Of a stretch of 64,000 nucleotides of DNA, positions 31,679 to 41,158 are shown one piece after another. Source of the DNA: Nitrospirota bacterium (GTDB lineage: Bacteria > Nitrospirota > Thermodesulfovibrionia > Thermodesulfovibrionales > Dissulfurispiraceae). The stretch's first letter is position 1, and the number at the start of each line of letters is the position of its first letter. The notes beneath the pieces are model-generated. The model had not been told where the DNA came from. It saw nothing but the letters and a program-made list of their open reading frames with translations, and did no database searches. The stretch spans positions 928,001 to 992,000 of the forward strand of contig CAWBMP010000004.1 of the NCBI GenBank assembly GCA_963790025.1. Reading direction: 5' to 3'. Both the position numbers and the translations under genes were made by a program.

Positions 31679-34357
31679 ATGATAACAAACATGGACAAAT
31701 TAACAGAGATCGGCTGCGCCTCAGAAAAGAAAGACAAGGTCTGCCGCTCCCGGGGCGGTGAATCATGCGCCTTTGACGGCGCCATGATAGTGCTCCAGCC
31801 TATAGCGGATGCAGCGCATATTGTCCATGGCCCTATTGCATGTTGCGGTAACACATGGGAGGGAAGAGGCACCCTCTCCACAAATGGGGCCCTTCATAAA
31901 ATGGGGTTCACTACCGATATGAGCGAGATCGATATAGTGTACGGTTCTGAGGAAAAGCTGTACAACGCCATTGTGAAGACCTGTGAAACAGTCAGGCCGA
32001 AAGCCGTTTTTGTTTATGCCACCTGCGTAAGCGGGCTCATTGGTGAAGATATAGAGTCGGTTTGTAAAAGGGCTGAAAACAAGCTCGGGGTCCGGGTCAT
32101 CCCGGTCAATGCCCCCGGCTTTGTCGGGCCCAAAAACCTGGGCAACAGAATCGCAGGTGAGGTGCTGCTCGACTCCGTGATAGGAAGGGCAGAGCCAGCT
32201 TTGACCACTGACTTTGATATCAACCTTATCGGCGAATATAACATTGCTGGTGACATGTGGTTTGTCGAGCCCGTGCTTAAAGCTGCGGGAATCAGGGTCC
32301 TGTCCAGGATCACAGGCAATGCCACCTTCGAAGAGATAACCCATGCACACAGGGCAAAACTTAATGTAGTGGTATGCAGTCGCGCATTGATCAATGTGGC
32401 GCGGACGATGGATACAAAATACGGGATCCCTTATGTCGAGGTCTCTTTCTTCGGCAGGACTGAGATGGCAAAGGCCTTGCGCGCAATTGCGGAAAATCTG
32501 CAGGGCGCGGAAAGGGCACAGCTTCCAGGCTTGAATGAAAAGGTTGAGGCGGTCATTGCAGAAGAGGAACGACGACTCGAAGAGGGCTTAAAAAAGTTTG
32601 AGCATCTCAGGGGGAAAAAGGCGGTACTTTATACAGGCGGCGTCAAAAGCTGGTCTTTTATCTCGGCCCTTATGGACCTGGGGATAGGCATTGTCGCTGT
32701 GGGGACAAAGAAGAGCACCGTCGAAGATGAGGAGAAGATGATATCTCTGCTGGGAGAGAATGCGCCGCTGGTGGAAGACGTGGCCCCAAAAAAACTTCTG
32801 GGCCTGATGATCGAAAGGAAGGCGGACATCCTTGTAGCGGGTGGAAGAAATCAGTATCTTGCAATAAAAGAGGGATTCCCCTTTGTGGATGTGAACCAGG
32901 AGAGACATACGGCGTATGCAGGATATGAAGGTCTCCTGAATTTGGCGCAGGATATTAGTAATAGTATTGAATTCTATGACAATGGTAAAAGGCAAAAGGT
33001 AAAAAGCGAAAGGCATAAAAAAGAAATCGGATCACATACGCCGGAAGACAGCGGGCTTGCAGCCTTTAACCCTTCACCTTTAACCATTAACCCTCTGAAA
33101 CATTCTCAGACCATAGGCGCTGCTATCGCTATGCAGGGGGTTGATGAGGCGCTGCCGGTGATCCATGGCGCACAGGGCTGCACATTTCTTGCAAAGGTGC
33201 TTCTGACAAAGCATTTCAGGGAGCCCATCGCCCTTGCCGGCACAAAGCAATTTGCCGAAGATATCATCATGGGAAGCGAGGAAAGCATCATCGGCGTGGT
33301 CGAGGGATTTATCGAAAAACAAAGCCCCGCAGTGGTTGGGGTCCTTTCCTCCGGACTATCAGAGGTGAAAGGTGATGATATAGGCTCAGCGATAAAGAAT
33401 ATCAGTTCTCCCCATGGCCCCTCCGGACCGGCATCGAAGGTGATAGCCATTACGACCCCTGATTACGAAGGGGGATTGGAAACAGGTTACACAGCTGCAG
33501 TGGAGGCCCTTACAGGCCTGGCCGCCAGGGGCACTCAAATGACAAAAGGTAGTATCAATGTTCTGGCCGGTTCACACCTGACACCCGCCGACTTCTCTGA
33601 GTTGAGGGAGATAATCGAAACGTTTGGCTTGCATCCTGTAATTCTCCCTGACCTCTCAGCCCTGGACGGCAGCAGACAGGGATTTTCCGCACTCGCAACC
33701 GGAGGAACAGAACTGGATGAGATCGAAACCATGGGCAGCGCCGAATTCACCCTTGCGATTGGAATGAGCATGGAGTCCCCGGCAAGGCGATTAAAGGAGC
33801 GGTTCGGCATTGAATACAAAGTGCTTGAGAGCATTGCAGGTCTGGGTGATACAGATCTATTGATGGAGACGCTTTCCCTGCTTAGCGGCAACGATGTACC
33901 GCTAAAGAACTTGAGACAGCGGCGCATTTTGGTTGACGGGATGAGAGATGCTCATTTTTACTTCGGCAAGAAAAAAGTGAGTTTGGCACTCGAACCTGAC
34001 CTTTCGGTGCAGACCTCGCGATGGCTCTCGGAAATGGGCGCTGAGGTAGTGCTTTCAGTCATTCCTCACGCTGCAGTGTCGGAAAAAAGTATCCAGGCAC
34101 GGAAGGTAATTATTGGAGGCCTGTGGAACATCAGGGATGACATAAAGGGACACAAAAGCGACCGTGGCAATGACTGTGATCTCCTGATCTCGAATTCTCA
34201 CGCGGAGGACACTGCCATGTGCTGCGGCATACCTCTTTACCAGTTGGGTTTTCCCCTCTATAAAATATTGAGTGGAAATTCCAGGATAACCATCGGGTAC
34301 AGGGGAACGCTCGGACTTATTAACGATGTGGCGACAATTTTTGCAGGAAAACACTAA
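31679..34357 (+). CDS. nifEN: Fused FeMo-co scaffold NifE-NifN
   Basis: CAFDGA, HGPIAC, GEYNIAG, GGVKSWS, DVNQERH (NifE); INPLKHSQTIGA, HGAQGC, LGFP (NifN). Confidence 0.95.
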   Translation: MITNMDKLTEIGCASEKKDKVCRSRGGESCAFDGAMIVLQPIADAAHIVHGPIACCGNTWEGRGTLSTNGALHKMGFTTDMSEIDIVYGSEEKLYNAIVKTCETVRPKAVFVYATCVSGLIGEDIESVCKRAENKLGVRVIPVNAPGFVGPKNLGNRIAGEVLLDSVIGRAEPALTTDFDINLIGEYNIAGDMWFVEPVLKAAGIRVLSRITGNATFEEITHAHRAKLNVVVCSRALINVARTMDTKYGIPYVEVSFFGRTEMAKALRAIAENLQGAERAQLPGLNEKVEAVIAEEERRLEEGLKKFEHLRGKKAVLYTGGVKSWSFISALMDLGIGIVAVGTKKSTVEDEEKMISLLGENAPLVEDVAPKKLLGLMIERKADILVAGGRNQYLAIKEGFPFVDVNQERHTAYAGYEGLLNLAQDISNSIEFYDNGKRQKVKSERHKKEIGSHTPEDSGLAAFNPSPLTINPLKHSQTIGAAIAMQGVDEALPVIHGAQGCTFLAKVLLTKHFREPIALAGTKQFAEDIIMGSEESIIGVVEGFIEKQSPAVVGVLSSGLSEVKGDDIGSAIKNISSPHGPSGPASKVIAITTPDYEGGLETGYTAAVEALTGLAARGTQMTKGSINVLAGSHLTPADFSELREIIETFGLHPVILPDLSALDGSRQGFSALATGGTELDEIETMGSAEFTLAIGMSMESPARRLKERFGIEYKVLESIAGLGDTDLLMETLSLLSGNDVPLKNLRQRRILVDGMRDAHFYFGKKKVSLALEPDLSVQTSRWLSEMGAEVVLSVIPHAAVSEKSIQARKVIIGGLWNIRDDIKGHKSDRGNDCDLLISNSHAEDTAMCCGIPLYQLGFPLYKILSGNSRITIGYRGTLGLINDVATIFAGKH

Positions 34358-34418
34358 ACAAACAGGTTTAGGCAAAGGTAAAGGCAGAGAATCTGCCTGA
34401 CAATAAGGAGGTGCGGAC

Positions 34419-34817
34419 ATGAAGGTAGCATTTGCCACAACCGATGGAATTAATGTTGATGAGCATTTCGGCAGGGCGGGGCAGTTCGCAGTATATGAGT
34501 TGACCGATAAGGAGTACCGGTTTGTCGAAATAAGGAAATTCGCGGAAGGCAGGGACACCGAAATAGAGGCGACAAGGGACATGGGGGCTGAACATGAAAG
34601 CAAGGTGGAGAAAAAGGTCGGCAAATTGGCGGACTGCAAGATTATTTACCTCACCGAAATCGGGGGCCCCTCTGCGGCACGGCTCGTTAAGAAAGGCATC
34701 ATGCCGATAAAGGTAAAAGAGATTGCTTCCATAAAGGAATCACTTGAGAAACTGCTTGCCACAGCGCGGACATCACCGCCGCCGTGGTTTAAGAAGGCTC
34801 TTAATGACACGCGGTAA
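34419..34817 (+). CDS. nifX: FeMo-co precursor carrier NifX
   Basis: MKVAFAT.DG..VDEHFGRA, EIGGPSAARLV, PPPW. Confidence 0.9.
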   Translation: MKVAFATTDGINVDEHFGRAGQFAVYELTDKEYRFVEIRKFAEGRDTEIEATRDMGAEHESKVEKKVGKLADCKIIYLTEIGGPSAARLVKKGIMPIKVKEIASIKESLEKLLATARTSPPPWFKKALNDTR

Positions 34818-34870
34818 CAAGCCCGCTTGCAAGCTTGTAAGCCAAAAAATTTAAAGGAGAGAAAAAAACT

Positions 34871-35188
34871 ATGAAAATGATACGAGCATTTATACGGCCT
34901 GAAAAAGAGCAAGAGGTAGTTCTGGCACTTGAGGGGTCGGGTTTCCCGTCGCTGTCCAAGATGCCGGTCTTCGGAAGGGGGAAACAGAAAGGCCTCACAG
35001 TTGGCCCCGTGCATTACGACGAACTTCCCAAAACACTTCTCATGATGGTTGTCGAAGACCAGGATGTGGCCAAAGTAATAGGCATAATCAATGACAAGGC
35101 ACGGACAGGGTTCATAGGGGATGGAAAGATATTCACAAGCCCCGTAGACGGTGCTTACACTGTAAGAACAGGGGAGGCTGTATTATGA
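34871..35188 (+). CDS. nifI1: Nitrogenase-regulatory PII protein NifI1
   Basis: MIRAFIRPEK, V.GRGKQKG, YDELPK, GDGKIF; short T-loop. Confidence 0.85.
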   Translation: MKMIRAFIRPEKEQEVVLALEGSGFPSLSKMPVFGRGKQKGLTVGPVHYDELPKTLLMMVVEDQDVAKVIGIINDKARTGFIGDGKIFTSPVDGAYTVRTGEAVL

Positions 35189-35604
35189 AGGAGATTACCG
35201 CAATCATCAGGAGAGACAAGCTCCCTGAGACAAAGAAGGTCCTTGACGAGCTGGGATACCCCTCTGTCAGTATTCAGAGCATTGACGGAAGAGGGAAACA
35301 AAGGGGAGCAGTATGCGATAACGACCTCGATCCCGAACTGCCGGACAAATATTGCATGTCGGTAAAATTAAAACCAACACCTTCGACATACGCAATAGAG
35401 CATACACTGCCCAAAGTTGCTCTTTTCGTGCCGAAAAGAATGCTGACAATGATTGTACCCGATGATGTAGTAAGCAAGATCGTGAAATCGCTCATCAGGG
35501 TCAACCAGACAGGCAAGACAGGAGACGGCAAGATATTTGTCTCACCAATAGAAAACGCCTTACGGGTGAGGACAGGCGAAAAAGACGGAGAGGCAATAGC
35601 GTAA
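35185..35604 (+). CDS. nifI2: Nitrogenase-regulatory PII protein NifI2
   Basis: MKEITAIIR, GRGKQRG, long T-loop, FVPKRML, NQTG..GDGKIFV. Confidence 0.85.
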   Translation: MKEITAIIRRDKLPETKKVLDELGYPSVSIQSIDGRGKQRGAVCDNDLDPELPDKYCMSVKLKPTPSTYAIEHTLPKVALFVPKRMLTMIVPDDVVSKIVKSLIRVNQTGKTGDGKIFVSPIENALRVRTGEKDGEAIA

Positions 35605-35637
35605 TAAAACATAATTCTTTGATCAAGAGGTGATACT

Positions 35638-35913
35638 ATGAGCATTGTCGGATATACAAGGGGCGGTGACACATGGACGCCGCAATTTATAGAATCTATC
35701 GATGTCGAAAAATGCATTGGCTGCGGTCGCTGCTACAAGGTCTGCAGCAGGGACGTGCTGGAGCTTATCGAAAAACCCTTCGAGGGTGAAGATGAATACG
35801 GTGACGACATGGGCAACAAAGTGATGTCCATTGCCAATCCCGAGAACTGTATCGGATGCGAGGCGTGCAGGCGTGCCTGTACAAAAAAATGCCATGTGCA
35901 TATCGCACTGTAA
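35638..35913 (+). CDS. fdxB: nif-specific ferredoxin III (2x4Fe-4S)
   Basis: TRGG..WTP.F, CIGCGRCYKVC, CIGCEACRRAC. Confidence 0.88.
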   Translation: MSIVGYTRGGDTWTPQFIESIDVEKCIGCGRCYKVCSRDVLELIEKPFEGEDEYGDDMGNKVMSIANPENCIGCEACRRACTKKCHVHIAL

Positions 35914-35930
35914 CTACACCCTTCACTGAA

Positions 35931-35955
35931 TCCCCTCCCTTCTAGGGAGGGGAGG
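35931..35955. terminator. GC-rich hairpin after fdxB (terminator or REP-like)
   Basis: tcccctccct-tct-agggagggga; no strong U-tract. Confidence 0.5.
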
Positions 35956-36035
35956 ACACAAAAGTAGTATAGATATAACTATTTTGTAGTATATGATACA
36001 TTTTGAGTTCTAACCAAAAATTAAGTTCTTCCGCT

Positions 36036-36069
36036 TACCAATGACTTATATGATGGCACGCCGCTTGCT
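36036..36069 (+). promoter_or_regulatory. sigma54 promoter of nifB with IHF-like site
   Basis: TGGCACGCCGCTTGCT at 36054-36069; TACCAATGACTTA 18 bp upstream. Confidence 0.88.
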
Positions 36070-36118
36070 ATTTAATGTCTGTTCATAAACAGACACTAAA
36101 TATTCAGGAGGTACTCCG

Positions 36119-37012
36119 GTGATACCACTTAGAGTGAGCAAGAAAGGAAGTATATTGGAGCAGCATCCATGCTTTTCGGAGAGCGCCCATCATAAATTTG
36201 GACGCATACATCTTCCGGTGGCCCCGGCGTGCAATATCCAGTGCAAATACTGCATAAGGAAATTCGATTGCGCAAACGAATCCAGGCCCGGGATTACCAG
36301 CAAGGTACTTACCGTTGACGAATCGCTGGAAAGAGTCCGGACCCTTGTGGACCGGAGCGAAAAACTCAGCGTTGTGGGAATAGCAGGGCCCGGCGACCCT
36401 CTGGCCAACAGCTCAACGTTCGATGTGATGAGTGCAGTGCATAGAGAATTCCCAGAACTTATTTTGTGTATATCTACAAACGGTCTCCTCATCCCCGACA
36501 GGCTTGAGACCTTGCTAAAGACGGGAGTGAGGAGTTTAACCATAACTATAAATGCCGTAAGCCCGGAGACCGCAGAAAAAATCTATGCCTGGATCATTTA
36601 TGAGGGGAAACGCTATGAAGGCAGGGAGGCGGCCGAACGCCTGTTATATGCCCAATGGAGGGGGCTAAATAATGCTATTGACGCGGGTTTCATCGTAAAG
36701 ATCAATACCGTCTATATCCCGGGGACCAACGACACGGACATACCTCTGATCGCCAGGAAAGCCGGAGAATGGGGCGCTGATATTATGAATATTCTGCCGC
36801 TTATTCCCCAGGCTTCGTTCGGGCATTTGGCGCGGCCATCAAGGGAAATGATTGCAAAAATGCGCGGGGAGTGCATAAAGTACATACCACAGATGACCCA
36901 CTGCAAACAATGCAGGGCTGATGCATGTGGAATTCTCGGTGAAGACAAAGATATGGAGCTTGAGATGCTGAACGCACAAATCGGAGAGGAGTACTGTGAA
37001 AGCGTCTTTTGA
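36119..37012 (+). CDS. nifB: NifB radical SAM protein, SAM domain only (no NifX domain)
   Basis: HPC, CNIQCKYC, ESRPG, AGPGD, CKQCRADA fingerprints; AGGAGGT RBS. Confidence 0.93.
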   Translation: MIPLRVSKKGSILEQHPCFSESAHHKFGRIHLPVAPACNIQCKYCIRKFDCANESRPGITSKVLTVDESLERVRTLVDRSEKLSVVGIAGPGDPLANSSTFDVMSAVHREFPELILCISTNGLLIPDRLETLLKTGVRSLTITINAVSPETAEKIYAWIIYEGKRYEGREAAERLLYAQWRGLNNAIDAGFIVKINTVYIPGTNDTDIPLIARKAGEWGADIMNILPLIPQASFGHLARPSREMIAKMRGECIKYIPQMTHCKQCRADACGILGEDKDMELEMLNAQIGEEYCESVF

Positions 37013-37694
37013 AAGGTATCGAAGGCAATTAATGCTCGGCGGCTTTACCCCGGCCCATCAGCAGAAGCTTAAGGATTCCACTGTGCTTGTCGCCGGGATC
37101 GGCGGGCTCGGCGGAACTGCCGCGCTCTATCTCGCTGTTGCGGGTATCGGGAAAATGATTTTTGCCCACTCAGGCAACCTGACCCTTTCCAATATGAACA
37201 GGCAGTTATTGATGAGAGATGCCTGGATAGGAAAAAGCAGGGTTGTTCAGGGGATGAAGAGCATTGAAGAGATAAACCCGGAAGTAGAGGTTGAAATATA
37301 TGACGAAAGGACTTCTGAAGATAATATTGATAAACCCACTTTTCGCGAGCGGAGAGTGCTGAATAAGGCATGTGTAAAAAAGGGGATACCTCTGGTCGAA
37401 GCGGCAATGAATGGAATGGAAGGATACATTTTCAATATCATACCGGGGCAAACGCCGTGTCTTAATTGCCTGTATCCGGTCGATGATCCTGGATGGGAGG
37501 AACTCGGATTCCCGGTCCTCGGTGCGGTATCAGGCGTATTGGGATGCATAATGAGTATAGAGGCGATAAAGCTCCTTACAGGCTATGGAAAACCGCTGCG
37601 TTCGCAAATGCTCATGTTCAATACGATCGATATGGAATTTAAAAAATTCAATACCAGGAAAGACGCAAACTGTAATGTGTGTGGACATTCATGA
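36996..37694 (+). CDS. hesA: HesA/MoeB/ThiF-family protein
   Basis: ERYRRQ, GIGGLG, SNMNRQ, TPCLNC, FPVLGAV, C-terminal CNVC; nif context. Confidence 0.82.
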   Translation: MKASFERYRRQLMLGGFTPAHQQKLKDSTVLVAGIGGLGGTAALYLAVAGIGKMIFAHSGNLTLSNMNRQLLMRDAWIGKSRVVQGMKSIEEINPEVEVEIYDERTSEDNIDKPTFRERRVLNKACVKKGIPLVEAAMNGMEGYIFNIIPGQTPCLNCLYPVDDPGWEELGFPVLGAVSGVLGCIMSIEAIKLLTGYGKPLRSQMLMFNTIDMEFKKFNTRKDANCNVCGHS

Positions 37695-37815
37695 GCCTGT
37701 TTCATTAAAGCCATGAATTTTATTGAGTTGACCGTGAGTTTTTTTTAGTTTACCTTATTAATAAGATAGTCCTGAAAAATTTAAGAAGAAAGAAATTCAG
37801 GTAGGGGGTTATGCT

Positions 37816-38241
37816 ATGAAAATCAGCGCGAGAAATATTTTGGAAGGTACGGTCAGCGACGTTAAAAAGGGTCAGGTGATGGCTGTCATCAAAATCACAT
37901 TGCCATCGGGGACCGGGATTTCCTCGATTATCACCAATGAGAGCGCCGACCGTTTGGGTTTGAAAAATGGCGTCAAGGCGGAAGCCATTATCAAGGCCAG
38001 TTCGGTGATATTGGGGAAAGAAGTGGCCGGCATAAACATAAGTGCAAGAAACATTATTAAGGGCACGGTGCAAAAAGTAAAGGAGGGCATGGTGATGGCC
38101 GAGATAGTGCTGGATATCGGAGGAGGGAACCCCATTACCTCAACCATTTCCGATGAAAGCGTGAAACGCATGGAGGTTAAAGTTGGAGATGAGGCATACG
38201 CAATCATCAAAGCAACGAGTGTGATGATAGGAGTCGCCTGA
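37816..38241 (+). CDS. Di-TOBE molbindin (Mop/ModG-like)
   Basis: Two ISARN...G.V...A.IKA(S/T)SV repeats. Confidence 0.9.
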   Translation: MKISARNILEGTVSDVKKGQVMAVIKITLPSGTGISSIITNESADRLGLKNGVKAEAIIKASSVILGKEVAGINISARNIIKGTVQKVKEGMVMAEIVLDIGGGNPITSTISDESVKRMEVKVGDEAYAIIKATSVMIGVA

Positions 38242-38268
38242 CAATAATTCGGAGGAGGAACCCTGCTG

Positions 38269-39042
38269 ATGTTAAAAAAAATACTCTTTATACTGATTTC
38301 TGCGGTAGTTTTTTCGGCACCGTCGCTTGCTTTCGCAGAGGGCCAGAAGGAGATAATCGTTTCGGCTGCCATAAGCCTGAAAAACGCCTTTGAAGACATC
38401 GGGAAGCTCTATGAAACAAGAAATGCGGGAACAAAAATAACATTCAATTTCGGCGCTTCCGGAGACCTTATGAAGCAGATCGAGGGCGGCGCGCCTGTCG
38501 ATGTCTTTGCCTCTGCGGCCCAAAAGGACATGGATGACGCCGAGAAGAAGGGATTAATAGCGGTCGTATCCAGGGTCAACTTTGCCGCCAACAGCATTGT
38601 ACTTGTAATCCCTGTCAATACGAAGGTCGTGATAAAGTCCTTTGGCGATCTGAAATCCGGAAGCATCCGGAAAATCGCCGTGGGCAATCCGAGGACCGTG
38701 CCTGCCGGAAGGTATGCGGAAGAAGTCTTTACTTACTATAAGATGCTTAATGAGATAAAGGACAAATTGGTCTTCACCGAAAATGTGCGCCAGGCGCTTG
38801 ATTACGTGGTTAGGAACGAGGTTGATGCAGGAGTCGTGTATTCGACCGATGCGATGGTCAGGATAAGGGAATTGACCATTGCGGCAACAGCACCGGAGTC
38901 GAGCCACAAGCCGGTCGTATATCCTATTGCCGTGGTAAAAACGTCCAAGAACAGCGACGTTGCCAAAGCATTCATTTCCCTTGTCACTTCAGAGGAAGGG
39001 AAAAAGATATTGGCGAAATACGGATTTAAAGCTGGGAAATAA
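38269..39042 (+). CDS. modA: Molybdate ABC transporter substrate-binding protein
   Basis: SAAISL, FGASG.L..QIE.GAP.DVFASA, VPAGRYA, ENVRQAL, VYSTDA. Confidence 0.95.
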   Translation: MLKKILFILISAVVFSAPSLAFAEGQKEIIVSAAISLKNAFEDIGKLYETRNAGTKITFNFGASGDLMKQIEGGAPVDVFASAAQKDMDDAEKKGLIAVVSRVNFAANSIVLVIPVNTKVVIKSFGDLKSGSIRKIAVGNPRTVPAGRYAEEVFTYYKMLNEIKDKLVFTENVRQALDYVVRNEVDAGVVYSTDAMVRIRELTIAATAPESSHKPVVYPIAVVKTSKNSDVAKAFISLVTSEEGKKILAKYGFKAGK

Positions 39043-39066
39043 ATATGAAATTGACACAGTGTAAAA

Positions 39067-39732
39067 ATGGATAGTTCAGTACTCTTTTCAATGAGACTCT
39101 CTTTGCAGGTAGCGACCACGGCGACGGTCTTCATCGTGGTTATCGGGGTCGCCGCTGCCTATCTGCTTGCTCGAAAGGACTTCAGGGGCAAGGAAGTATT
39201 GGACATAGCCATTACCTTGCCTCTCGTGCTTCCCCCAACTGTCACGGGCTATTACCTGATAGTGCTCTTCGGCAGAAACGGATTGATCGGCAGATTCATT
39301 TACGAGTGGACAGGCTGGTCTATCATGTTCACATGGTATGCTGCCGTTCTAGCCTCATTTGTTGTGGCCCTGCCCCTCATGGTAAAAACAACGCGGGCGG
39401 CCATTGAATCAGTGGACAAGAACCTCATCAATGCCTCCTTCACGCTGGGCCATTCCGAATTCGAGACCGCGCTTAAGGTCATCCTGCCCCTCGCAAGGAA
39501 AGGCATAGTGGCTGGGACTGTGCTCTCTTTTGCACGGGCCCTCGGCGAGTTCGGAGCTACCCTGATGCTGGCAGGGGACTTGCCAGGCAAGACGGATACC
39601 ATGCCCATCGCCATTTATTCTCTTGCCGGAAGCGGAGATTGGTCGAAAGCCAATGGGATGGTCATTCTGTTGACTTTGATGTCAGGGGCCTTTCTATATT
39701 TAGCAAACAGGTACAGTAAAAGGATTATCTGA
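39067..39732 (+). CDS. modB: Molybdate ABC transporter permease
   Basis: LPLVLPPTVTGYYL, SFARALGEFGATLM. Confidence 0.95.
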   Translation: MDSSVLFSMRLSLQVATTATVFIVVIGVAAAYLLARKDFRGKEVLDIAITLPLVLPPTVTGYYLIVLFGRNGLIGRFIYEWTGWSIMFTWYAAVLASFVVALPLMVKTTRAAIESVDKNLINASFTLGHSEFETALKVILPLARKGIVAGTVLSFARALGEFGATLMLAGDLPGKTDTMPIAIYSLAGSGDWSKANGMVILLTLMSGAFLYLANRYSKRII

Positions 39733-40463
39733 TGGGTCTCGCGATAAAACTCAAGAAAAAGCTCAACGGCTTCAGCCTCGATGTCGAATGGGAGATAGGC
39801 AATGAGCTTGCTGTTCTTTTCGGCTATTCCGGTGCAGGGAAGTCGATAACTCTGCAGATGATTGCAGGGCTCATGACTGCCGACGAGGGATCGATTCGCA
39901 TAGATTCTGCAACAATATTTGACAGCCTGTCCAGGGTCAATGTGCCTGCTCAGCATCGTCATTTGGGTTATGTATTTCAAGACCTGGCGCTTTTTCCGCA
40001 TATGACAGTGTCCGAAAATATTGAATATGGTGCCAATGGCATGGCGAAAGGTGAAAAGCCGGGCAAGATAAAGCAGATGGTCGACATCTTTCATCTTCAG
40101 GGACTTGAACACAAATACCCTTCGGAGATATCGGGAGGACAGAAGCAGAGGGTCGCCTTTGCGCGTGCCCTCATTCGCAAACCGCCTCTGCTCCTGCTTG
40201 ATGAACCGTTTTCCGCGCTCGACAATCCTCTCCGGATCGAGATGCGGCAATTTCTGAACGATGTGAGAAAAACGTTCAATGTCCCTGTTGTCCTTGTCAC
40301 ACACGATACTGTTGAAGCCCACTCCATGGCGGACACCATCATTGTCTACGTAAACGGCAAGGTCGCCCAATCGGGACCTCCCTCCGAGGTATTCAACAAT
40401 CCCGTAAACGAAGAAGTTCAAGCGCTGGTGGACACCGGGCGTTACGGCTTTATAGCGTCGTGA
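39732..40463 (+). CDS. modC: Molybdate ABC transporter ATPase (no C-terminal TOBE)
   Basis: GYSGAGKS, FQDLALFPHM, SGGQKQR, LLLDEPF. Confidence 0.9.
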   Translation: MGLAIKLKKKLNGFSLDVEWEIGNELAVLFGYSGAGKSITLQMIAGLMTADEGSIRIDSATIFDSLSRVNVPAQHRHLGYVFQDLALFPHMTVSENIEYGANGMAKGEKPGKIKQMVDIFHLQGLEHKYPSEISGGQKQRVAFARALIRKPPLLLLDEPFSALDNPLRIEMRQFLNDVRKTFNVPVVLVTHDTVEAHSMADTIIVYVNGKVAQSGPPSEVFNNPVNEEVQALVDTGRYGFIAS

Positions 40464-40527
40464 GTTATCGGGTTATTTGTCTTTTGCGCTGTTATGCACA
40501 AAGCTAAGCCCAAATGATGGAGTAAAA

Positions 40528-40989
40528 ATGATAATAGAACCTATTGGCGTAATTCATTCGCCATACGAAGAAAAAAACGAATGTCCCATCCAACCCCTAT
40601 ACGCGCCTGATGCAATAGGCTTTGTCGAGGTATTTGAAAAATACTGTGCAGGATTAAAAGATGTAGAGACCTTTTCTCATATATATCTGCTCTATCATTT
40701 TGACAGGGCTGGAGAAATAAAACTAATAAGGCCACCTTTCCTGGATGATGAATCCCACGGATTATTTGCGACGAGGCACCCGTGCAGACCAAATGGGATT
40801 GGAATGTCCATAGTAAAATTAAAGAAGATAGAAAATAATGTTCTGATAGTGGAAGGCATTGATGTGTTAAACATGACCCCATTGCTCGACATAAAGCCAT
40901 ACATACCGCGTTTCGATCACATCGAAACAGCGAATGAAGGGTGGACGGCCAACAAACAATGGAGGCCAAAGCCAAAGGGAAGAGAGTAA
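40528..40989 (+). CDS. tsaA: TsaA/TrmO-family SAM-binding protein (short form)
   Basis: PIGVIHSP, FSHIYLLYHF, GLFATRHPCRPNGIG, TPLLDIKPY; GGAG RBS before ATG 40528. Confidence 0.85.
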   Translation: MIIEPIGVIHSPYEEKNECPIQPLYAPDAIGFVEVFEKYCAGLKDVETFSHIYLLYHFDRAGEIKLIRPPFLDDESHGLFATRHPCRPNGIGMSIVKLKKIENNVLIVEGIDVLNMTPLLDIKPYIPRFDHIETANEGWTANKQWRPKPKGRE

Positions 40990-41045
40990 AGAAGTACTAA
41001 CAACACCCACTCATTCTTCTACCCCATTTTTGTAGCATTATGCCT

Positions 41046-41136
41046 ACAAAGTTGTAGCGACTCACAATTTTGTCATAGCACTTCCATTGAGGTTAATTTA
41101 CAAATCAAACAGTTACAGGTTGGCACGGTTTTGGCT
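41046..41136 (+). promoter_or_regulatory. sigma54 promoter with IHF site and two ACA-N4-TGT boxes
   Basis: TGGCACGGTTTTGGCT 41121-41136; AATCAAACAGTTA 41103-41115; ACAAAGTTGT 41046, ACAATTTTGT 41064. Confidence 0.85.
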
Positions 41137-41158
41137 ATTCTTTTGACGAGGTGATGAG

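Noticed and set aside
37695..37815. ModE box or Moco riboswitch upstream of mop-modABC
   Set aside because: No match to the ModE consensus or a convincing structured leader
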